A DNA stretch of 64,000 nucleotides from an uncultured Dehalococcoidia bacterium (lineage in GTDB: Bacteria > Chloroflexota > Dehalococcoidia > Bin125). The notes under the pieces were generated by a model. It was not told where the DNA came from. It ran no database searches and saw nothing but the letters and a program-made list of their open reading frames with translations. This document shows positions 18,018 through 27,190 of the stretch, in pieces. Within the stretch, counting starts at the first letter, position 1; every line of letters begins with the position of its first letter. A program made the translations under genes and the position numbers. The stretch is taken from positions 1,006,658-1,070,657 of the forward strand of contig CATQGW010000001.1 of NCBI GenBank assembly GCA_958295515.1. The letters run 5' to 3'.

Positions 18018-19022
18018 ATGCCCGCCACGATGTACTACGACGACGATGCCGATCTGGATTTGCTGAAGGGCAAGACGATTGGGGTGGTGGGCTTCGGCTC
18101 GCAGGGCCACGCGCACGCGCTCAACCTGCACGACAGCGGGGTGGACGTGATTGTGGGTCTCTACCCGGGCTCGCGCTCGTGGAACAAGGTGATCGATTCG
18201 GGGCTGCGGGTGGACACGGTGGCGAATGTGGCGGACGCCTCGGACATCATCATGGTGTTGACGCCGGACCACATTCAGAAGCAGATTTACGATCAGCACA
18301 TCGCGCCCTCGATGGTGGAGGGCAAGACGCTGATGTTCGCGCACGGCTTCGCGATTCACTACAACCAGGTCGCGCCGCCGCCGGAGGTGGATGTGACCAT
18401 GATTGCGCCCAAGGGTCCGGGCCATCTGGTGCGGCGGGTCTTCGAGGAAGGCGGCGGGGTGCCGGCGCTGTTGGCGATTTACCAGGACGCCTCGGAGACG
18501 GCGAAGGATGTGGCGCTGGCCTACGCGAAGGGGATCGGGGGCACGCGCGCGGGGGTGCTGGAGACGACATTCCTGGAGGAGACGGAGACGGATTTGTTCG
18601 GCGAGCAGTCGGTGCTCTGCGGCGGCGTGACGTCGCTGATGCAGGCGGCGTTCGAGACGCTCGTGGAGGCCGGCTACCAGCCCGAATCGGCGTACTTTGA
18701 GACGATTCACGAGGTGAAGCTGATCGTGGATTTGATCTACGAAGGCGGCTTCGCCAACATGCGCTACTCGGTGTCGGACACGGCGGAGTACGGCGATCTG
18801 ACGCGCGGGCCGCGGGTGATCGACGCGTCGGTGAAGGACCGGATGCGGCAGCTGCTGAGCGACATTCAGGACGGGACGTTCGCGCGGGAGTGGATCATGG
18901 AGAATCAGACGGGGCGTCCGGGCTTCGACAAGCTGCGCGCGCGCGCGGCGGCGCATCCGAGCGAAGAGGTGGGCGCGGAGCTGCGCGGGATGATGGCCTG
19001 GCTCAACGAGGAAGCGGACTAG
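18018..19022 (+). CDS. ilvC: Ketol-acid reductoisomerase.
   Basis: 334 aa. N-terminal Rossmann motif ([17 protein letters not shown]) plus the KARI C-terminal domain. Confidence 0.9.
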   Translation: MPATMYYDDDADLDLLKGKTIGVVGFGSQGHAHALNLHDSGVDVIVGLYPGSRSWNKVIDSGLRVDTVANVADASDIIMVLTPDHIQKQIYDQHIAPSMVEGKTLMFAHGFAIHYNQVAPPPEVDVTMIAPKGPGHLVRRVFEEGGGVPALLAIYQDASETAKDVALAYAKGIGGTRAGVLETTFLEETETDLFGEQSVLCGGVTSLMQAAFETLVEAGYQPESAYFETIHEVKLIVDLIYEGGFANMRYSVSDTAEYGDLTRGPRVIDASVKDRMRQLLSDIQDGTFAREWIMENQTGRPGFDKLRARAAAHPSEEVGAELRGMMAWLNEEAD

Positions 19023-19555
19023 TCGGAGACGGCGGCCAGGAGCTCCTCCTCCGTAGGTTGCTCCAACTCGATCAGCGCGGACTGGTACGGGATGGCTTCC
19101 CCGTCATCAGTTCCGATCCATCCGGGATGCTGATGCGAGAGGTCGCTCAGCTCGCGCGCGCTCAGGTCTTGCGCCTCGCGGAGGATTTGCTCGACGACAG
19201 CGATCTCGACTCCACTGAAGGGCGAAAGGTCCGGCCGCTCGAGCGGCACCGGGCGCTGCTGCACGTAGCCGAAGCGGTCGCGATGGCGGATGATCAACCG
19301 CTGAGCATCGGCCAGGCTGGTGAGCCGCTGCTCCAGACTGGCGGCCATAGGGCCGTGCTTGCGATGCACGTACGTTGTGCCCGTGATCGATTCGCCGGTG
19401 AGGCGGTAATGTTGAAAGTCGCTCATCCAGAGCAACTTGTGCAGCTTGGTCTTGCCGTAGGTCTCGCTGGCGAGCTCACGCTCGGAGATGTAGAGAATCA
19501 ACTCATCGAGCTTGGCGGCGTTGAGAGTCGGTTGAGGTGCGGCGGCCATCGACAT
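19019..19555 (-). CDS. Panacea-domain (DUF4065, SocA-like) antitoxin-type protein.
   Basis: 178 aa. The core [35 protein letters not shown] resembles the Panacea/DUF4065 signature. Local GC (~62%) is lower than the flanks. Confidence 0.55.
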   Translation of the reverse strand: MSMAAAPQPTLNAAKLDELILYISERELASETYGKTKLHKLLWMSDFQHYRLTGESITGTTYVHRKHGPMAASLEQRLTSLADAQRLIIRHRDRFGYVQQRPVPLERPDLSPFSGVEIAVVEQILREAQDLSARELSDLSHQHPGWIGTDDGEAIPYQSALIELEQPTEEELLAAVSD

Positions 19556-19641
19556 CGTCCCTCGGCGGTTTGGTCACTGACGTTGTAGGGCTACGACATA
19601 GCTTAGCGTTGCCTGATGCGGCTTGCGTGTAATGTGGGGCT

Positions 19642-19908
19642 GTGCCGAGTCAATTTGAAGTCAACGCCGACGATGCGATGTTTCGTGCAGCGTGCGAACG
19701 GCTTGCGCTGACGCGCCGGCAGATCGACGAGATCGCGCAGGCGGTGTATCTGCATGCGCGTGCCGGTACTCCGCCGCCCAACCCTGTTGCCATCGCTCTG
19801 CCCGGGATGCGCCCACACGCCGTTTCCAGCCCGCGGCTGTGGGTCTCGTTCGAGATCCGCGGGAGCCAGATCGTGTTGCGGGGGCTGAGCGAACGACCAT
19901 CAGACTGA
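19642..19908 (+). CDS. Small hypothetical protein, divergent from the Panacea gene. The C-terminus is weakly RelE/ParE-like.
   Basis: 88-aa ORF whose C-terminus RLWVSFEIRGSQIVLRGL weakly recalls toxin beta-strand signatures. It is unverified. Confidence 0.3.
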   Translation: MPSQFEVNADDAMFRAACERLALTRRQIDEIAQAVYLHARAGTPPPNPVAIALPGMRPHAVSSPRLWVSFEIRGSQIVLRGLSERPSD

Positions 19909-19911
19909 AGA

Positions 19912-20280
19912 CTAGGGCGCCGGGGCTGTTGCGCCGCAGGGGACGTTGCGGGCGGTGAGGAGTTCGAGCCACTCGCGCTGGGTGTGGTGGCGGAAGGCTT
20001 CGCTGAGGATGCCGGAGAGCGCGTCGGCGTTGGCCAGGCGCGCCTGGTGTGAGGCGAAGCGCGGGTCGTCGGTGATGTCCAGCTGGAATTCGGGCAGGTA
20101 ATCGCCCGTGTCGGCGGGGTGGCGCTCGTGGTGATCCCACTGGTGGTTGGCCAGCGCGAACTCGCCCAGCGCGGAGCGCAGGCGCTGCCAGTCCGTCTCG
20201 CTCTCGATGTCGAGATGCACCCAGCCGTCGGTCGCCCGATACGCCCGCCGCAGCGGGTCCGTGGTCGCCGCCATCGTCAT
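19912..20280 (-). pseudogene. C-terminal remnant (~120 aa) of a family-III CoA-transferase (CaiB/BaiF).
   Basis: It contains DPRFASHQARLAN...EWLELLTARNVPCG, the conserved C-terminal region of CaiB-family enzymes. An in-frame TAG lies 17 codons upstream of the first Met and no N-terminal 270 aa exists. Intact paralogs are present at 21431..23895. Confidence 0.6.
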
Positions 20281-20371
20281 TGCCTCCGGCTCGTCGCGCG
20301 CATGCGCGCAGGTTATCGCCTAGCCTTTGCCCGCCGGGCGGCAGGCTGCCGCTGGGAACAAGGAGTCTGCG

Positions 20372-21391
20372 ATGCGCGCTGTGGTGCTGCGAAACATGGA
20401 GCTGGTCGTTGATGACATCGCCCAACCGGAACCTGCGGAGGGCGAGGCGCTGGTGAAGAGCCTGGCCTGCGGCATCTGCGGCTCGGACCTGCACTTCGTC
20501 AAGTTCGGGCAGGAGATGGTGACGGCGTCTCAGTCGGAGGGGCGCTCGCGCTTTGCGCCCGATCTCGAGCGCGACATCGTGATGGGCCACGAGTTCTGCT
20601 GCGAAGTGGTGGCCTACGGACCGAACACGCCGGAGACGGTGCCGGTCGGGGAGCGCTGCGTCTCCGTGCCCAGCCGCGGCGCGTATTCCAACGAGTACCC
20701 GGGCGGCTACAGCGAGTACATGGTGCTCGACGCCTCAATGCTGCTGCCGGTGGCGGATTCGCTGGCGACGCACCACGCGGCGGTGACCGAGCCGATGGCG
20801 GTGGGTCTGCACGCGGTTCGGGCGGGCGCGTTCAGCGACGAGCCGGCGGTGATCTACGGCTGCGGTCCGGTCGGTCTGGCGACGATTGCGGCGCTCAAGA
20901 TCGATGGGGTGGGGCCGATCGTGGCGGCCGATTTTTCGCGGAAGCGCCGGGAGTTGGCGGGGATGATGGGGGCGGACAGCGTGGTGGATCCGCGCGAGTT
21001 GTCGCCGGTGACGGCGCTGGAGCGGCTGGGCTCGTTCTCGGAGACGGTGCTGTTCGACGCGGTCGGGGTGCCGGGGATGCTGTCGCTGCTGTCGCGCGAG
21101 GCGCCTGATCGGGGCGCGCGGATTGTGGTGGTGGGCGTCTGCATGCAGTCGGACACGATTCAGCCGATGGCGGCGATCGAGAAGGAGTTGAGCTACAAGT
21201 TCGTGCTCGGCTACACGCCCGAGGAGTTTGAGGAGAGCCTGCGTGCGCTGGAGAACGGGCTGATCGATGCTTCGCAGTTCGTCAGCGGCGCGGTTGGCCT
21301 CGATGATGTCGGGGCGGCCTTCGAGACGCTCGCCGACCCTGAGGAGCACTGCAAAATCATGGTCACGCCGCACGAGGAGCACTCGCTCTGA
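20372..21391 (+). CDS. Zn-dependent alcohol / threonine-type dehydrogenase (MDR family).
   Basis: An AAGGAG RBS lies 6 nt before the ATG at 20372. Motifs GICGSDLH and GHEFCCEVV are present. Confidence 0.8.
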   Translation: MRAVVLRNMELVVDDIAQPEPAEGEALVKSLACGICGSDLHFVKFGQEMVTASQSEGRSRFAPDLERDIVMGHEFCCEVVAYGPNTPETVPVGERCVSVPSRGAYSNEYPGGYSEYMVLDASMLLPVADSLATHHAAVTEPMAVGLHAVRAGAFSDEPAVIYGCGPVGLATIAALKIDGVGPIVAADFSRKRRELAGMMGADSVVDPRELSPVTALERLGSFSETVLFDAVGVPGMLSLLSREAPDRGARIVVVGVCMQSDTIQPMAAIEKELSYKFVLGYTPEEFEESLRALENGLIDASQFVSGAVGLDDVGAAFETLADPEEHCKIMVTPHEEHSL

Positions 21392-21430
21392 GCGCTTGTT
21401 CGCTGCGTCGAGCTGTTCGCTGCGGCGGCG

Positions 21431-22648
21431 CTAGCTCAGCGCGCCGGCGGCGGCCAGGTCCGTGATCCGGGCGTCGCTGTAGCCGAGGATTTCTTGGAGG
21501 ATTTGCGTGGTGTGCTGGCCGACCTGTGGGGCGGGCGCGGCGGGCGCGCCGGGGGTGTCGGAGAGCTGGTAGCGCGGGGCTTCGACGATGGTCTGGCCGT
21601 GCAGCGGGTGGGGCAGGCGCAGGAAGTGGTTGCGGTGAGCGAGCTGGGGGTCGTTGGCGGCGTCCTCGCTGGAGGCGAGGGCGTGGGCGGGGACGCCGGC
21701 GGCTTGCAGCGCCTGTTCGGCCTCGGCGGCGGAGCGCTGCTCGCTCCAGGCGGCGATGGCGGCGTCGAGCTCGGCTGAGCGGTCGCGGCGCTGGGGCAGG
21801 GTGAGATTGGGGTCGAGGCCGCTGATCAGTTGGGCGAGGCTGCGCCAGTCGGCGTCGTCGCGGGCGGTGATCGCGATCCAGGCTTCGTCGCGATCGGCGG
21901 GCGGCAGCGAGGGGTAGACGCCGTGCGGCGACATTTGCGGATCGTCGTTGCCGCGCCGTTGCAGCGAGGGGCCGCCGTTGACGTAATCGATCAGCGCGGG
22001 CGCGAGGAGGTGCAGCGTGGCCTCGGCCTGCGCCTGGTCGATATGGACGCCCCGGCCGGTGAGGCGGCGGTGTTCGAGGGCGGCCAGCAGTGCGGTGAGG
22101 GCGAAACGCGGGGCGGGATAGTCGGTGTAGGGCCCGTAGGGGCCGGCGGGTGGTCGGTCGGGCCAGCCGGTGAGGTCGAGCGCGCCGGACATGCCGGCGC
22201 CCTGGGTGCCGAAGCCGGAGACGCCGCGCTCGGGGCCGTATTGGCCGAGCAGGGTGCTGCTGAGCATGATCAGGTCGGGCTTGATTTGGCGCAGGGCGTC
22301 GTAGTGCAGGTCCCACTTTTGGAGCACGCCGGCGGTGAAGGATTCGGACATCACGTCCGCCCAGCGGACGAGGTCGCGGAGCACATCGCGCGCTGCGGGA
22401 ACGCGCAGGTCGAGCGCGATGCCCAGCTTGCCGGCGTTGACGTTGCCGTAGAGGCCGGAGTTTTCGACGCCGGGTTCGTCGGCGTGGAAGGGACCGACGA
22501 TGCGGGCGGTGTCGACGCGGGCGCTGGATTCGACGCGGATCACGGTTGCGCCGAAGTCGGCAAGCGCGCGTCCGACGGTGGGACCGGCGACGATCCAGGA
22601 GAGGTCGAGCACCTTGAGGTCGGCGAGGATCGGGCGTTCGTGCGGCAT
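21431..22648 (-). CDS. CoA-transferase family III (CaiB/BaiF-like).
   Basis: Starts MPHERPILADLKVLDLSWIVAGPTVGRALADFGATVIRVE. Its ATG shares one nucleotide with the upstream gene's TGA (TGATG). Confidence 0.8.
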   Translation of the reverse strand: MPHERPILADLKVLDLSWIVAGPTVGRALADFGATVIRVESSARVDTARIVGPFHADEPGVENSGLYGNVNAGKLGIALDLRVPAARDVLRDLVRWADVMSESFTAGVLQKWDLHYDALRQIKPDLIMLSSTLLGQYGPERGVSGFGTQGAGMSGALDLTGWPDRPPAGPYGPYTDYPAPRFALTALLAALEHRRLTGRGVHIDQAQAEATLHLLAPALIDYVNGGPSLQRRGNDDPQMSPHGVYPSLPPADRDEAWIAITARDDADWRSLAQLISGLDPNLTLPQRRDRSAELDAAIAAWSEQRSAAEAEQALQAAGVPAHALASSEDAANDPQLAHRNHFLRLPHPLHGQTIVEAPRYQLSDTPGAPAAPAPQVGQHTTQILQEILGYSDARITDLAAAGALS

Positions 22649-23895
22649 CAGATAATGCCTCTCTCGCGCAGCGCGGTGAGTTCGTCGGCGCTCAGCCCGA
22701 GTTCGCCCCAGACTTCGTCGTTGTGTTGACCGAGCCGCGGGGGTGGGCGGTCGTCCCAGCGCTGGGGCGCGCCGTCGATGCGAATTTGCAGCGGCGCGGC
22801 GGGCAGGCGCAGGCTGCGGCCGTCGTCGAGCGTGAATTCGCGCCAGAAACCGCGCGCGTCGAGCTGGCGGCTCTCGGCCAGGTCGGCGATGTTCAGGACC
22901 GGCACCAGGAGCAAGTCGTAGGCGATTGAGACGTCCAGCATTTCGCGCTTGGTTTTGCCGCGCACGTGCGCCTGCATGACCTCCTGGATGCGCGGCAGCA
23001 GATCGGGGTCGGCTGCGCCGGCCGCGAGACGGTCCGGATAGGTGACGAAGTTCTCCTCGGCCAGCTCGGCTTCGAGGACGCCCTCATCGATTAGCCAGCG
23101 GACGGCGTGGTTGACGAAGTGCCCGACGGCGGGGCCGGGCGCGAGCGCGAGGACGATCCAGCCGTCTTCGACTTCGCGGGTGCCGCGGAAGCCGACGCCG
23201 CGCGCTTTGACGCCGCCGGCGTAGCGCTCCGGCTCGACGGCGCCGAGCGAATGCGCGAGCACCTGTCCGAGCGTGGCCTGGGCGGCGGAGACCTGGGCGG
23301 AGATATCGACGTGCTGCCCGCGTCCGGTCGCGCGGCGCGCGTGCAGCGCCAGCATTGCGCCGCCCGCGGCGTCGCCGGCGGCGTGCGACCAGGACTGCGG
23401 GACGGAGATGCGCACGGGCGGTCGGTCGTCGTCGCCGCTCATCAGCAGCGGCGTGCCGGCCGCCCAGATGACCAGGTCGGTGGCCTGGTAGCGGGCTTTG
23501 GGGCCGGTTTGGCCGAAGGCGGTGATCGAGGTGTAGATCAGCTGCGGGAAGTCGTCTTTGAGCTGCTGGTAGCCGAGGCCGAGCGCGGCCATCGCGCCGG
23601 GGTCGGCGGATTCGAGCAGGATGTCGGCGCTGTCCAGTAGGCGGCGCAGCAGGGTGCGCCCGTCGGAGTGCTCGATGTCGCAGGTGATGCCGCGCTTGTT
23701 GCGGGTGTAGGCGGTCCAGAAGATGGAGCGCTCGGTTTCGGGCGCGTCGCCGCCGAAGAAGGGCGCGACGCGGCGTCCGCGCGAGCCTGCGGGCGGCTCG
23801 ACCTGGATGACGTCTGCGCCGAGGTCGGCCAGCATCTGTCCGGCGAGCACGCCGCGTTGGTCGGTGAGGTCGAGGACGCGCAGATGGTTGAGCAC
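22648..23895 (-). CDS. CoA-transferase family III (CaiB/BaiF-like).
   Basis: Starts MLNHLRVLDLTDQRGVLAGQMLADLGADVIQVEPP. Confidence 0.8.
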   Translation of the reverse strand: MLNHLRVLDLTDQRGVLAGQMLADLGADVIQVEPPAGSRGRRVAPFFGGDAPETERSIFWTAYTRNKRGITCDIEHSDGRTLLRRLLDSADILLESADPGAMAALGLGYQQLKDDFPQLIYTSITAFGQTGPKARYQATDLVIWAAGTPLLMSGDDDRPPVRISVPQSWSHAAGDAAGGAMLALHARRATGRGQHVDISAQVSAAQATLGQVLAHSLGAVEPERYAGGVKARGVGFRGTREVEDGWIVLALAPGPAVGHFVNHAVRWLIDEGVLEAELAEENFVTYPDRLAAGAADPDLLPRIQEVMQAHVRGKTKREMLDVSIAYDLLLVPVLNIADLAESRQLDARGFWREFTLDDGRSLRLPAAPLQIRIDGAPQRWDDRPPPRLGQHNDEVWGELGLSADELTALRERGII

Positions 23896-23958
23896 GGGGG
23901 CAGGCTAGCGGTGCGGCGCGCTTCGGCGTTAGCGGGTGGGCGGCGTATCGTGGCATCT

Positions 23959-25188
23959 ATGCCACTGGAAGTCGGACACGACGGCAATCGGGTGATGCTG
24001 CGGGGGGCGCTGCGCCGCTTTGATGAGCTGCGGGTGGTCAGCGCGGCGCTGTTCGACGCGATCGGGCGGCGCGGGCAGCGCGCGGTGACGCTCGATTTCT
24101 CGGCGTGCGAGGAGTTCTCGCCGGCGACGATGTTGCCGCTGCTGCCGGTCGCGGCGGGGTACCGCGAGGTCTCGGGCGCGACGTTCGAGCTGGTGGCGCC
24201 GGAAGACGAGGGGTTGAAGCGGCTGCTGATCGACTCGAATTGGGCGCACTTCATCGATCCTGAGCGGTATGCGATCAATGAGGAGGCCGGTGGGCAGGTT
24301 CCGGCGCAGCGGTTTGGGGCGGAGACGGAGGTGGGAGCGATCGTGGCGGGCGTGATGGAGCTGCTGCTGCCGAGGATGGACGTTGAGCGCGAGGCGCTCG
24401 CGGCGCTGGAATGGTCGATGTATGAGTTGATGGACAATGTGCTCTGCCACGCGGAGTCGCCGACGGGCGGGTTTGCGCAGGCGAGCGTTGATGCGCAGTC
24501 GGGGTGGGTGGAATTCGTTGTGGCGGACGGCGGGATCGGCGTCGCGGAGAGTATGCGCATTCGCGATCACGAGCAGGCGCTGGGGCGGGCGATCGCTGAG
24601 GGCGGGACGCGGGACCGAGCGGCGCACGCGGGCGATGGGCTGTTTGGGGCGTTCCGCGCGGCGACGCTGTCGGGCGGTCAGTTTGAGATCAACTCCGGGT
24701 TCGGGCTGCTCTATGGATCGCGCGAGGGTCCTGAGGAGTACCGGACCGGCAAGCGGCGGATTCGCTATAGCGGCACGGCGGTGCGCTGCGAGGTGGGCGT
24801 CGGCGATGCGGGATTGCTGGGGCGCGCGCTGGCGTTCTGCGATCGGGCGTATGAGCCGTTGGACGAGTCTGCTCAGCGAGGGAGCGGGGCGGGGGAGGTC
24901 GCTCCGTTCTCGATTCGGGAGGAGGCGGCGCAGGATGTCGGCTCGAGATCGGGCGGGCGGCGGGTGCGGGAGCTGGTGGAGGAGCGTTTGCGCCGGGATG
25001 GTGAGGCGGTACTGGACTTTGGCGGTGTTGCGGTGATTTCGAGCGGCTTCGCGGATGAGGTGTTGGGGCGGTTGTTTGCGGGGATGGGTCCGCGCGCGTT
25101 TATGAGTCGGGTTCGGGTGCGTAATGCGAATGTTGTGATCGAGGCTCTGATCGACCGCGCGATCCTACAGCGCACGCGCGCCGGGTAG
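23959..25188 (+). CDS. GHKL-ATPase (HATPase_c)-like protein with a C-terminal STAS-like domain; a putative anti-sigma-type serine kinase or regulator.
   Basis: The central segment EWSMYELMDNVLCHA...GWVEFVVADGGIGV fits the HATPase_c N- and G1-boxes. The C-terminus DFGGVAVISSGFADEVLGRLF is STAS-like. Track ORF 23668 starts upstream in a junk prefix; I chose the ATG at 23959. Confidence 0.4.
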   Translation: MPLEVGHDGNRVMLRGALRRFDELRVVSAALFDAIGRRGQRAVTLDFSACEEFSPATMLPLLPVAAGYREVSGATFELVAPEDEGLKRLLIDSNWAHFIDPERYAINEEAGGQVPAQRFGAETEVGAIVAGVMELLLPRMDVEREALAALEWSMYELMDNVLCHAESPTGGFAQASVDAQSGWVEFVVADGGIGVAESMRIRDHEQALGRAIAEGGTRDRAAHAGDGLFGAFRAATLSGGQFEINSGFGLLYGSREGPEEYRTGKRRIRYSGTAVRCEVGVGDAGLLGRALAFCDRAYEPLDESAQRGSGAGEVAPFSIREEAAQDVGSRSGGRRVRELVEERLRRDGEAVLDFGGVAVISSGFADEVLGRLFAGMGPRAFMSRVRVRNANVVIEALIDRAILQRTRAG

Positions 25189-25199
25189 CGGCGGGATCG

Positions 25200-25545
25200 T
25201 TTCAGCGCTGAGTTTGTCACGGCTGTTGGTGCTGGTCACGGCGAGATACCCGCGGCAAGCGCGGGTATGACGGTGGTGGGGGCGCGGGTATGACGGTGGG
25301 TTCGACACGGATGTTGGCGCTGGTCAGGGCGAGATACCCGCGGCAAGCGCGGGTATGACGGTGGTTGGGGCACGGGTGTGGCGGTGGGTTCGACACGGAT
25401 GTTGGCGCTGGTCAGGGCGAGATACCCGCGGCAAGCGCGGGTATGACGGTGGTAGGGGTGCGGGCGTGGTGGTGGGTTCGACACGGATGTTGGTGCTGGT
25501 CAGGGCGAGATACCCGCGGCAAGCGCGGGTATGACGGTGGTGGGG
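25200..25545. repeat. Four tandem copies of a ~90-bp unit containing the type A hairpin.
   Basis: The unit ttcgacacggatgttggcgctggtcagggcgagatacccgcggcaagcgcgggtatgacggtgg... repeats at 25240, 25330, 25420 and 25505. Confidence 0.85.
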
Positions 25546-26210
25546 GCGCGAGTGCGGAGCGGAGCGCTGCTTCGACGTCGGATTCTTCGAGATCGAAGTC
25601 GGAGGCGATGAAGGCGATCGATTCGTCGGCGCGCCAGCGCTTGACGATGGTTTCGAGCAGGAGGGCCGCGGTTGAGGAAGGTGACCGCGCCGCCGGCGAA
25701 GCGCGGATCGATCATCAGCGGCGCGCTGTCGCCGGCTGGGAAGAGGCGCCGCGCCCATGTGCCCGCTGCGGCATTCTGAGCGCAATCGTCGTACTCGATC
25801 GCGCGTGTCGCGAGCTCGGCGAACTTGGGCAGGGGCGGCAGTGATGTCGGCCATTCGTCATCGTGGCCAGGGCTGCTCGCGTTGGAGTCGCCGCAGCCCA
25901 GCGTGTTCAATCTGAGTTCGGCGAAGGGATGCTCAACTCCCCAGCGCTCGCGGGCGAACTCGCGGCTTTGGCGAAGCTGCTCGACGCTGAGTCCGCAGGC
26001 GCGGAGGCGGCGCGCGACGATCAGCTCGACGAGTTCGAGGAACGAGAGGTGGAACGTTGCCTGGTCCGGGCGGCGATCGGCGAATAGCGGCGGCGCGGCG
26101 CGGTGGCCGCGAAACCAGCGGACGACGGTGGCGGTCGTCGTCTCTGCGAGGCGGGCGGCTTCGGCTGTCGTGTACAGCGATGTCGTGCGGGCGTCGTTGG
26201 GCGATCTCAT
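25500..26210 (-). pseudogene. MerR/excisionase-type HTH fused to DUF433, interrupted by a -1 frameshift near 25665.
   Basis: Frame 1 gives MRSPNDARTTSLYTTAEAARLAETTTATVVRWF...IDPRFAGGAVTFLNRG and then nonsense. A second frame continues LLETIVKRWRADESIAFIASDFDLEESDVEAALRS, which is the DUF433 C-terminal signature. Both frames terminate inside the 90-bp repeat array. Confidence 0.5.
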
Positions 26211-26243
26211 GGGTACAGCGTATCGGCGAATTTCGCCCGTCGG

Positions 26244-27071
26244 TCAGCTCGATGCGGAGCGTTGGGGGCGGCCGGGGCCGGGGGGGCCGGCGAAGGCTTG
26301 GGCTCGTTGGAGGAATTCTTCGGCGGCGGGGCCTTGCCACTGGAGGGCGGTGTCGCGGTAGTGGATGCGCTGGGTGGCGACGCGGCAGAAGTCGCCGGCG
26401 GCGCCGTGGATGCGGTTGGGTGCGTCTTCGGGGCCGCGCGCCCAGGCTGCGCCGGAGGGGAGGGTGAGTTCGAGGCGCAGCGGTTCGGAGTTGGGCTCGA
26501 GGCCGCGGGTTTGGTAGGCGAAGGCGCGGGTGATGTAGCCGAGGTGGGCGATGTGCTCGAGGCGGTCGCTGTCGACGGGGGCGATCTGCGCGCCGTCGAG
26601 CGCGTCGAGGCCGTGGCTCCAGCATTCCATGAGGCGGGCGGTGGCGAAGGAGCGGGCGCTCATGGGCGGGCCGGCCCAGGGCAGGCGGTGTTTGGCGTCG
26701 AGCGGGCGGAGGGCGGCTTCGAGTCGGCCGCGGGCGGCGCGCCACCAGTCGACGAGCTGGAGGCGGTTCATATGGCGCGCTTGGTCCTGGGCGTGGGAGC
26801 GCAGGCCGTCGGCGGAGCGCCCGCCGCTGTCGGGGTAGCGCGGCGCGCCGGAGGCGACGATGGCGGCGTGGTCGTCGACTTCGGCGAGGTGGGCGATCAC
26901 GTCGCGGACGAGCCAGCCGTCGCAGGGGGTGGGTCGCTGCCAGAGGGCGTCGTCGGTCTGGGCGAGGGCGTCGTCGAGGTAGCGCTGCTCGGCGGTGAGG
27001 TCGTCGAGGAGGGTTTGCCAGGGGTCGGGCATCTCTGCGCGTCTCTTTCCTGCTGTGTTGGCGCGGCTCAC
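26244..27071 (-). CDS. DinB/MDMPI_N-family protein (mycothiol-type maleylpyruvate-isomerase N-terminal domain).
   Basis: 275 aa with the motif PTPCDGWLVRDVIAHL. Confidence 0.6.
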   Translation of the reverse strand: MSRANTAGKRRAEMPDPWQTLLDDLTAEQRYLDDALAQTDDALWQRPTPCDGWLVRDVIAHLAEVDDHAAIVASGAPRYPDSGGRSADGLRSHAQDQARHMNRLQLVDWWRAARGRLEAALRPLDAKHRLPWAGPPMSARSFATARLMECWSHGLDALDGAQIAPVDSDRLEHIAHLGYITRAFAYQTRGLEPNSEPLRLELTLPSGAAWARGPEDAPNRIHGAAGDFCRVATQRIHYRDTALQWQGPAAEEFLQRAQAFAGPPGPGRPQRSASS

Positions 27072-27190
27072 GGCATTGGGCGGTCAGGTCGCTTCGCCCG
27101 GCGCAGCTGCCGCTGTTGCTTCGGCCCCGATCGGGCCTTGGCCAGCGACGGGCCGCTGTGTAGGGTACGCGGCCCGCGAAGGAGAGTTTC

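Noticed and set aside
19661-20590. 309-aa minus-strand ORF spanning the Panacea-ADH interval.
   Set aside because: Junk composition. It overlaps the CoA-transferase fragment and the ADH start in other frames.
25280-25300. tRNA-like T-loop sequence (GGGTTCGACACGG) inside the 90-bp repeats.
   Set aside because: There is no acceptor, D or anticodon arm context, and it recurs identically in every repeat unit. It is part of the repeat, not a tRNA.
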